Source: Octopus sinensis
Lineage: Eukaryota
Length of the DNA: 6,903 bases
Assembly (NCBI RefSeq): GCF_006345805.1
Contig: NW_021829140.1
Span: 1-6,903, forward strand
Direction of reading: 5' to 3'
Under the pieces are notes generated by a model that worked only from the letters and a program-made list of their open reading frames with translations, made no database searches and was not told the DNA's origin. Shown here in pieces: positions 1-6,903 of the stretch (positions are counted from its first letter, which is position 1; every line of letters starts with the position of its first letter). The position numbers were made by a program, and so were the translations under genes.

Positions 1-85
1 GAAGACACCCAGGTGCCGCGCAGCGAAACTGAAACATGGCCACGTGGTTCGAAGTAGATTCTTACCACCGATCTTCACCTGCACG
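1..85 (-). mobile_element. 5' head of a tRNA-derived SINE, diverged and cut by the window edge
   Basis: The minus strand reads GTGCAGGTGAAGATCGGTGGTAAGAA...TTCGAACCACGTGG...GTTTCAGTTTCGCTGCGCGGCACC. It shares the collinear blocks TGGT(C)AAGAA, GTTTCAGT and CTGYGC with the copy at 1281-1356. It resembles an octopus SINE head from memory (not searched). Confidence 0.5.
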
Positions 86-166
86 TAAACCTGAACGAAT
101 TACTCGATACATTTCAATAGAATATATACGAATTAATGTTTATAAAGAAAAGACTGACGGCGTTGT

Positions 167-167
<1 letters not shown>

Positions 168-265
<98 letters not shown>

Positions 266-270
266 ATATA
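168..270. repeat. Compound microsatellite (AT)n-(TG)14-(TA)n-(TATG)n
   Basis: Read directly: AT run 168-194, (TG)14 at 205-232, TA/TATG to 270. Confidence 0.97.
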
Positions 271-1280
271 AACAACAATGTATAATGTATAAATATCAAC
301 GAATCATTATCCATTTGTTGTTGTTTATATATTATTCATCTTATTAGGAACTCAGTCAGGTGCGGTTAATCGTATATACAACTGGAATAGTAATCTGTCT
401 ATACGTCGGTGCGTAGGTATTTGTTCCTATACTGTGTCGTAATATACACGATTCCCTTTATTTAAACTGACCCGGTGCTTTACCATTTAAGTACCTCATT
501 TCCTTGAATCCTGAGCTCTTACGTCAGATCAAAATTTATAGCACAGTTGGGTCTTTGCGCAAGTTTTATGCTTACATGAAATTTGGCCTTTGTAAGCATT
601 CTTTCAATGATTTGGTTTGCCTTTTACATTTTACGATAGTATGTATCTAGAGGGTCTGGTTCTTACTGAGCATGTTATGGAATATGATGTTAAAGGCCTT
701 ATTGTTTTGGGCGCTATAGGTGGAGATGCATGAAGGACATTCATTTTCGGGAATTTCTAAACTCGTTGAATTAGATAACCGATTAAGGATGGTCAGTAAT
801 CTCGGTCAAAGATACAGTTCAACTGTGACTATACAACATTTTTTGCAATAGTAGTGTATTCTAGACTACATTATTTTCCAATGTAACATTTCTTAAGATG
901 GTAGGGTATTGTTTGGGGAAGAGGCGCCTTGAAAACTATAATTCTTCTCGATCGATGAACACTTCGCAGCAACAAAACAACTAAAGGAGCGGCAACAATA
1001 ACAAATGATATTAATCCAAAATGTCATTATGTCCTGATATATGTCACATTAACCTTGTATATACTTACTGATTATTCGAAAATATTCGGTTTCTAATTAA
1101 CTAATTAATTACTAATTAAAAATTAAAATTGTTCGCTTTGTGATGTTTTTTCAAAAAAGTTGATTAAGGCTGTCAATTTGAATGAATGGTTTTAAATATT
1201 CATACAAAAGCTCTGGCGTTTCAGAGCGGGAGATTCATGCATTGATTGTGCCAAGTTGTTGCTGAAACCATTCCATATGG

Positions 1281-1356
1281 GGAGCAAACATCGCTTTCTG
1301 GTCAAGAAGTTAGATTCAAATTTAAATGAGTTCGGTTTCAGTCCCACTGTGCAACC
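1281..1356 (+). mobile_element. Diverged 5' head fragment of a tRNA-derived SINE, same family as 1-85
   Basis: Contains TGGTCAAGAAG at 1299 and a B-box-like GGTTTCAGTCCC at 1334-1345 followed by ACTGTGCAACC. Collinear with the reverse complement of 1-85. Confidence 0.45.
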
Positions 1357-1633
1357 CTATTTCATATTAAATATGCAAGTTAATGTCTTAGCGAAAGGTT
1401 GGTAACCGTCAAAAGTTTATTTGTAATAAACAGCATAAATACTACAATTTTTATTTTACGTGTGTTTTATTGATATCTTTGCAATGGAGGTAATTGAACA
1501 TTGCCAGGGTTTTATCATGTTCAATATTCATATCGTTCTGCTGCGTGCGTGGAATATATTCGACAGAGCTTCTTTTATTCCAAACTAGAATTCAACATGA
1601 GGATACTGATTTTTTTTTCTTCAGTGATTAAGA

Positions 1634-1824
1634 GGGCGAGCTGGCAGAGTCGTTAGCACGGAGTGCAAAATATCTAGCGTTCTATCTCAGTTCAAATTCT
1701 GCCGAGGCCAACTTTGTCTTTCATCCTTTCGGGATCGATCAAATAAGTACCAGTTGAGCACTGGGGCGATGTAATCAAATACCCCAATTCACCGAAATTG
1801 CAAACCTTGTGCCAAAATTTGAAA
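1634..1824 (+). mobile_element. Near-full-length tRNA-derived SINE (~190 bp)
   Basis: Pol III A-box-like TGGCAGAGTCG (1642-1652) and B-box-like AGTTCAAATTC (1689-1699). The body (GCCGAGG...TTTCATCCTTTCGGGATCGAT...AAGTACCAGTTGAGCACTGGGG...CCTTGTGCCAAAATTTGAAA) matches a common octopus SINE as I recall it. No clear target-site duplication. Confidence 0.72.
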
Positions 1825-2322
1825 GCAATATCTCGTTAGTGTGTTAGCAATTTGAAGCAATGTCTGACGAAGTCAATTCATTCAGTAAAACCACTATTAT
1901 TTGAGATATTTGCTCACGGTACTTAATAGACCTATAGAACCTTTATGTACGAACAGATCTAAGTTTGAATGAGTTTTTCGCGGTTAGGTACGACATCTGC
2001 TATCTCACTTCAATCTCGACGAAAAAGAAAAACAGAGATTCTCTCAAGTTGCTCGCATATACAACAGTTCATAGTATTTAACTTCAAAGCGAGAATCACT
2101 TGCGTATGGTCGACGAAAAGAAATCGGCAGTATCGACTATCTCACCATTCAAGGATGTTCAATGCATTTCCATTTTCTAAGTATTATTATGTCATGATAT
2201 TCTGATTAAGATTAACTGTTAAAATTTCTGTATGAATAAAGATTACTGTTTATCAACATGCAAAAATTACGTACTCTAAAATAGGCTTGTATCGACGTTT
2301 TTACTTAGAGGCATCTGATGAT

Positions 2323-2382
2323 TCTCTCTCTCTATCTATCTATCTCTCTCCTTCTCTTTCTCTCTCGCTTGCTCCTTCTCTT
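2323..2382. repeat. (TC)n/(TCTA)n pyrimidine-rich microsatellite
   Basis: Read directly. Confidence 0.92.
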
Positions 2383-2546
2383 GTTACTCAGTATGTTGCA
2401 CCGCATGCGCTCAGTCAAGCAATAATATTGCCCGACAAAGTGTACGTAGCAGGATACTCTGAGGAGCAATTGATTCATTAACTGATGGAACCAGAAGAGA
2501 CCAACAACATGTATGCATAATACTAATACGTACACATATGCATGTC

Positions 2547-2751
2547 TGCGAAGGGGATGCTGAGAAGTTTTAAGGGAAACGCGTGATTGAAGACCCAAAA
2601 TTTTGAGTTCTTTTACAGGCCTTACAAAACTGAAGGACATCTGCAATAAGTTTGTGAATCTAAGAGGGGAATATGTTCAATTAAATAATAATTAACTGTT
2701 AATCTTGCATTTTATTTTGCCCAAGGCCAAGACCTTTTCGGCACCCTTGTA
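2547..2751 (+). mobile_element. Mariner-derived MITE (non-autonomous Tc1/mariner deletion derivative, ~205 bp)
   Basis: Imperfect terminal inverted repeats: left TGCGAAGGGGATGCTGAGAAG (2547-2567), right CTTTTCGGCACCCTTGTA (2734-2751, reverse complement TACAAGGGTGCCGAAAAG), ending in TA. Positions 2630-2680 translate as LKDICNKFVNLRGEYVQ, resembling the mariner transposase C-terminus (L..RW.KCV...GEY.E). Confidence 0.8.
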
Positions 2752-2760
2752 TATTTAAAC

Positions 2761-2791
2761 CACACACACACACACACACGCACACACACAC

Positions 2792-2822
<31 letters not shown>
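2761..2822. repeat. Compound (CA)n-(AT)n microsatellite
   Basis: CA run 2761-2791 and AT run 2794-2822, read directly. Confidence 0.97.
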
Positions 2823-2824
<2 letters not shown>

Positions 2825-2911
2825 CATAATAATAATGGGTAAAATAATTAATTAATAATTAATAATTTTACTAAGTAGCTCGGTATGTTAAAAGAACCAT
2901 TATCGGTAACC

Positions 2912-3061
2912 ATTATGAGTATAATTATAATTATGGTTCAGCAAAATTTGCTTCACCACATACCGAAATTTAGAATTAGCAGTTAAACTTCTATTTTACT
3001 ACCATAAGAAAATCTCCCAGAGCGAACTTTGCTGAACCCTAATTATAATTATACTCATAAT
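2912..3061. mobile_element. 150 bp foldback / MITE-like element with 41 bp inverted arms
   Basis: 2912-2952 is the reverse complement of 3021-3061 at 38 of 41 positions, around a 68 bp spacer. The inverted repeat is seen directly; the MITE identity is inferred. Confidence 0.7.
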
Positions 3062-3067
3062 TATAGA

Positions 3068-3105
<38 letters not shown>

Positions 3106-3130
3106 AATAAGTGTGTGTGCTTGTTTGTGT
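3068..3130. repeat. Compound (AT)n-(TG)n microsatellite
   Basis: Read directly. Confidence 0.95.
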
Positions 3131-3204
3131 GCATGCGTAAAGCTACGCGGGAGACATGCAAAACATGGCAAATTTAACCATTTCTGCGTAGATTGAAAAT
3201 AGGT

Positions 3205-3231
3205 TTTCGAACCTTGCTGGGTTCTCATCAG
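3205..3231 (-). ncRNA. Hammerhead-ribozyme-like core, probably a Penelope-like element or retrozyme relic; activity doubtful
   Basis: The minus strand reads CTGATGA-GAACC-cagcaa-GGTTC-GAAA: a canonical CUGANGA box, a perfect 5 bp helix II and GAAA. Helices I and III cannot be closed convincingly in cis. Confidence 0.5.
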
Positions 3232-3389
3232 AGGCCTGTACATCACTTAACAAATTCCAGAGAAACAAATTGCCAATCTGTTTATATACTCAACCGTTAC
3301 AGTAGCTCTGCGCGAACGCATATGTATGTGATTATGTTCGTCGTGAGCAAGTGCGTGCGTTTGAGTATTTCTACACACAGGTATTTTTA

Positions 3390-3430
3390 ACACACACACA
3401 CACACAGACATACACACAGAGTCACATACA
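3390..3430. repeat. (CA)n microsatellite with degenerate tail
   Basis: Read directly. Confidence 0.92.
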
Positions 3431-3823
3431 GAGGGAAAAAACCACAAGCGTGTGTGTTTATTATGACCTATGGTATATATATCTCATCCGAACTCCGTTT
3501 GTGTTTATATAAGCGTGTTCGAGAACATACGTATATCCTAAGAAACATAAAACTAACAAATAGAAAAAAAAAACAACTCTATATATGTGTAAGGAAAAAA
3601 AGGTATAGTGGGAAATATGAGGAGTACCAATTTGTCTTTTACATTATCACCAATAATTGCTGTGTAAATAAAACAAGGTAAACATCGTCAGCGATTGACA
3701 TTGATACCGGGAATAATTATAAAAATCTGAAGCAAAGAGAGGAATAAGGTACATAAGGAAGACATCATTGTAAGGTATAAACTGAGGCTGAGTTCTCGAA
3801 AAAAATTCCTCTGACTAAAAATG

Positions 3824-3961
3824 CACACATACACACACACACATTCAGATGCAAAACAAACAAAAAGAACATACAGACATGTAATAAACATGTATATATA
3901 AAGATGTATGTATAAATATGTATATTTTTTGTGTATATATGTATGTATATATCTATATATA

Positions 3962-4015
<54 letters not shown>

Positions 4016-4131
4016 TCTATATATCTATATATATATATATATATATGTATGTAAGTAGGTATACATACATTATCTAAATATATGTATGCACTCACACTCA
4101 CACGTGCGCACGCACGCACAGACATACACAC
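3824..4131. repeat. Large compound CA/AT/TATG/CG-CA microsatellite block
   Basis: Read directly; several interrupted (AT)n runs at 3890-4050. Confidence 0.93.
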
Positions 4132-4344
4132 AGGATAGTTGAAATTTTGAAGCACTCCTCTATCACCTCGCAAATGCATCATAGATAGCATATAAAAGAC
4201 CCGGAGGCAGAGTAATCTGGAAGTCAAAGACAGACATAGAGGATCTTGGGGATAAATATGTGTAATGATGCACCTAATGACTCCAGGAAACATCACTGAT
4301 AATGTGACCAAGTGCACTACAGAATAATGTATGAGAAAATAGAT

Positions 4345-4594
4345 ACATGTGCGTGTGTGTGCACATGCGCCTGGTGTTTGCAAGTATATATTTGTATATA
4401 TTGTATGTAATATATATATAGATATATATATATATATATATATATTTATATGTCTACATACACATACACTGACATACAGAGAAACGCACACACACACAGA
4501 TACACCCACCTTAACCCGCACCTTTATATATATGCACGCTCACACATATGTATGTTCTTATCTATCTATTTATCACTCTATCACACTCTCTGCA

Positions 4595-4630
<36 letters not shown>
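4345..4630. repeat. Compound TG/AT/CA/TCTA microsatellite block ending in (TA)17
   Basis: Read directly; perfect (TA)17 at 4597-4630. Confidence 0.93.
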
Positions 4631-4631
<1 letters not shown>

Positions 4632-4646
4632 TTTGATACTTTGATA
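4629..4646 (-). repeat. LINE 3' tandem tail, octamer x2
   Basis: The + strand reads (TACTTTGA)2TA; short tandem tails are typical of CR1/L2-group 3' ends. Confidence 0.75.
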
Positions 4647-4712
4647 GGTTTCGGCCATTATTGGCCCAGGACATGTCTAACTTAATAGCACCACCTGGTG
4701 AAGTCTTTCAAG

Positions 4713-5954
4713 TCAGAATTTGGACATTATGGCCCACTCAAGTAGAGAGTTTTTGTTTACAGAGACATATCCGGGTGTAGGAGGTTTATCCGGGATTTCT
4801 TGAAGGAATCTGTCCAAAGACTTCTTGAACCCTATACGGTCTGTTTCTGTCTTAATGTGTTTTGGTGTAATGTTAAAGAGAGCGGGGCCAATTGAGGTGA
4901 AATAATTGTGCCGTATTGTTGTTATGAGATGAGAGTGCGATTTTTGTTGTGGGCGGATGGCACAGGGCCCAAGCCTTGGATGTACCTTAATGGTGATGCC
5001 AACATCATTTGGGCAATGCTGATGGAATATTTTCCACATCATGCAGATGATGTAGCGCTCACGGTGACGTTGGAGAGATTAAAGTTTTACCTTTTCTAGT
5101 CGACCCCAATAGTCGAGGCCTGTCATGCCATCTATCTTTTTTGTGATTGACCTTTGAGGTGCTTCAACTTTTATGATACTTTGTTTTGTGTGGGGAGATC
5201 ACAGTGGAGAACAGTATTCAAGGTGGGGTCGGGTAAAAGTGGAGAAGAGAAGGATGACGGTGTGGATATTTCTCCACTGGAAAGTTCTGAGAATCCAGGA
5301 ACACATTCTGCGGGCCATGTCAGCTTTGGTGTTTATATGAGTGGCCCAGCTTATGTTGTTGTCCACAATTACTCCCAAGTCTCTGATGTTGTTGGATGTC
5401 ACGAGAGTTTCACCCGAAGGAATGGAGTATGGGAGTTTCAGGGCATCCTCTTTTCCAAAGTGGATTAACTCGAATTTATCCTCGTTCAGCAGCATATTGT
5501 TCTTTTCTGCCCATTGGATAACAGCCAGTAGATCTGACTGAAGGCATGTCCGGTCACTCGCCTCATTTATGACCTTCTGGAGCTTGGAATCATCTGCAAA
5601 GATTTTTATGTTGCTGTGCTTGATGATGTCATTAATGTCATTAATGTAGATGATGAAAAGAAGTGGGCCCACACAGTGCCTTGCGGAACGCCACTACTGA
5701 CTTTGGCTGGGCTTGATTTACTCCTTCAACTACAACATGTTGAGATCTGTCTGTCCAAGAAACCTTGATGCATATCAGTAACTTTCCAGAGACCCAATGC
5801 TGGATAGCTTTTCAGTAGGATCTTGTGATCAACCCTGTCGAAGGCTTTGCTGAAATCAAGGTAGATGACATCGGTGTTGGAGCCTTCTCCCAAAGCTCTC
5901 TCAAAATGTCATCAAAGTGATGCAGCGCTGCGTTAGGCAGTCCCTTCCATTACG
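4713..5954 (-). pseudogene. Disrupted LINE ORF2: reverse transcriptase and C-terminal region
   Basis: After frameshift correction it reads RNGRDCLTQ(L)LHHFDDILRALGEGSNTDVIYLDFSKAFDRVDH...SSGVPQGTV(L)GPLLFIIYIND...FADDSKL...RDLGVIVD...RPHLEYCSPL*SPH...LKL-like KL*SLQRHRER...FKKSLDRFLQEIPDKPPTPGY...NSLLEW. Positions 4713-5672 form one frame with two premature stops (5199-5201, 5079-5081). About five frameshifts lie in 5670-5930. Confidence 0.93.
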
Positions 5955-5972
5955 TTAGGCAGTCTCTTCCAT
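5929..5972. repeat. 22 bp tandem duplication at the LINE 5' junction
   Basis: CGTTAGGCAGTCCCTTCCAT (5931-5950) and CGTTAGGCAGTCTCTTCCAT (5953-5972) differ at one position. Confidence 0.93.
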
Positions 5973-6001
5973 ATATATTATATATATATTATATATATAT
6001 A
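5971..6001. repeat. Interrupted (AT)n microsatellite
   Basis: Read directly; it abuts the LINE 5' end. Confidence 0.93.
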
Positions 6002-6445
6002 TTAAATTTAAATTTAAAATTAAAATGAGGGTGAGAAATTAGATATTAATTTAATTAACATCGATTTCACACCAGTGTTTAGCATATAAAAAAACTGAAG
6101 GTTCAGTAAAATTGTATTATATATATATATTAGAGGGAAACCAGTATGTGGACACCCTTATGCTAGAAATAGATCCGCTATGGTCTTACCACTAAGAAAT
6201 GTTCTCGAGAAAAAATTTAGCAAAACAACCAAAACGTAATCGAGCAAGACAAAAGAAAAAGCTATAAAAATATGGATTATTCGCATACATGCTTCACTAT
6301 TAACATATTACGTAATTTTACTTACATAAATGTTCGTAGATCATCGGTGCGACCGTCCAGATGAATATAATTTGCAGGACTGCATACTAGAACGTCCGCA
6401 CAAAGTCAGACCTGTAAACAGTTCTACCCGTTACACTCGTGGTTA

Positions 6446-6593
6446 CTAGGGTTAGGGTTAGGGTTAGAGTTAGAGGATTAGGGTTAGGGCTAGGGTTAGA
6501 GGGTTAGAGTTAGGGTTAGCGTTAGGGTTAAGGTTAGGGTTAGGTTTAGGGTTAAGGTTAGAGTTAGCGTTAGGGTTAGTGTTAGGGTTAGGG
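6446..6593 (+). repeat. Interstitial telomeric-type array, degenerate (TTAGGG)24
   Basis: 24 units in 148 bp. 11 are perfect TTAGGG; the variants are TTAGAG, TTAGCG, TTAAGG, CTAGGG, TTAGGT, TTAGTG, TTAGAGGA and TTAGAGGG. Non-telomeric sequence lies on both sides. Confidence 0.96.
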
Positions 6594-6609
6594 AAGTGAA
6601 AATGTCTTT

Positions 6610-6637
6610 AACGTTTCGAGCCTATGCTCTTCCACAG
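6610..6637 (-). ncRNA. Degenerate minimal hammerhead-like motif of the Penelope-like element type
   Basis: The minus strand reads CTGTGGA-A-GAGC-atag-GCTC-GAA-ACGT-T: a 4 bp helix II, GAAAC and a palindromic ACGT helix III as in minimal PLE hammerheads. The core has CUGUGGA instead of CUGANGA, and helix I is weak. Confidence 0.35.
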
Positions 6638-6703
6638 AGAGAAACACAGAAAGAAACAAGAAGAGAAAATAAAGAGAGAAAATAAAGAAGAGAGAATAAA
6701 GAG
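6636..6703. repeat. Purine-rich tract with AGAGAAAATAAAG x2 plus a degenerate third copy
   Basis: 6662-6674 and 6675-6687 are identical; 6691-6701 reads AGAGAATAAAG. Confidence 0.85.
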
Positions 6704-6903
6704 ATACTTCTTTTTTGTATCTGGTTTGCAAGATTCCTTATGTGGATTCCTGTATTGAAACAAATTTTGTTTTGTCTGCGTGGCGTCATGTTGCCTTAAT
6801 ATATTCCCCACACTCACCAGTTTAATTTCTACTCATTTTTTAATTTTTTGTGTGTCTCCTAAAAAGGATTTTCGTTGCATTTGTAACCTTATCCATGGAT
6901 TGC

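Larger units (their letters stand above)
4629..5972 (-). mobile_element. 5'-truncated CR1-group non-LTR retrotransposon (LINE)
   Basis: Contains RT motifs (see the pseudogene feature), a short 3' UTR, an octamer tandem tail at 4629-4646, and is truncated inside the RT domain. Flanked by (TA)n on both sides. Confidence 0.95.

Noticed and set aside
36-347. 103 aa ORF, and similar IYIYIY/CVCVCV/THTHT ORFs at 3061-3246, 3247-3447, 3688-4521, 4349-4636 and 4450-4644
   Set aside because: They are open only because dinucleotide microsatellites lack stop codons; there is no protein-like content.
505-530. Minus-strand CTGACGTAAGAGCTC, and other CTGANGA words near 1864, 2315, 2459 and 3685, as further hammerheads
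   Set aside because: None has a helix II followed by GAAA.
1634-1700. A/B-box region as a tRNA gene
   Set aside because: No cloverleaf can be formed, and it continues into a SINE body.
2000-2145. Repeated words TCGACGAAAA(A)GAAA (2016, 2110) and CTATCTCAC (2000, 2137)
   Set aside because: Only two short copies each, with inconsistent spacing; not an array or CRISPR, and plausibly chance or an old duplication.
1969-2646. ORFs 1969-2205, 2287-2481 and 2332-2646
   Set aside because: Short, with no recognisable domain, and they run through a microsatellite or the mariner MITE.
3700-3752. Minus-strand polypyrimidine tract plus CAG (CCTTATTCCTCTCTTTGCTTCAG) as a splice acceptor
   Set aside because: No convincing donor or recognisable coding frame follows it.
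4908-5541. Plus-strand ORFs 4908-5099, 5154-5468 and 5341-5541
   Set aside because: They are antisense shadows of the minus-strand LINE ORF2.
6446-6593. A true chromosome-end telomere
   Set aside because: The array is short, heavily degenerate and flanked by non-telomeric sequence on both sides.
6608-6817. 69 aa minus-strand ORF as a Penelope GIY-YIG or RT fragment
   Set aside because: No GIY-YIG or RT motif is recognisable, and half of it is low-complexity F/S/L from the purine tract.

Overview
AT-rich, microsatellite-dense, non-coding animal DNA. The SINE and MITE sequences resemble octopus repeats as I recall them; this is recognition, not a database result. I find no supportable host gene. 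The dominant feature is a 5'-truncated CR1-group LINE on the minus strand (~4629-5972) with a disrupted reverse-transcriptase ORF2, sitting between two (TA)n tracts. The window also has three tRNA-type SINE pieces, a ~205 bp mariner-derived MITE, a 150 bp foldback element, many compound microsatellites and a 148 bp degenerate (TTAGGG)n interstitial telomeric array. Two hammerhead-ribozyme-like motifs lie on the minus strand. One has a canonical catalytic core (3205-3231). The other is degenerate and Penelope-like (6610-6637) and lies 16 bp from the G-rich end of the telomeric array.
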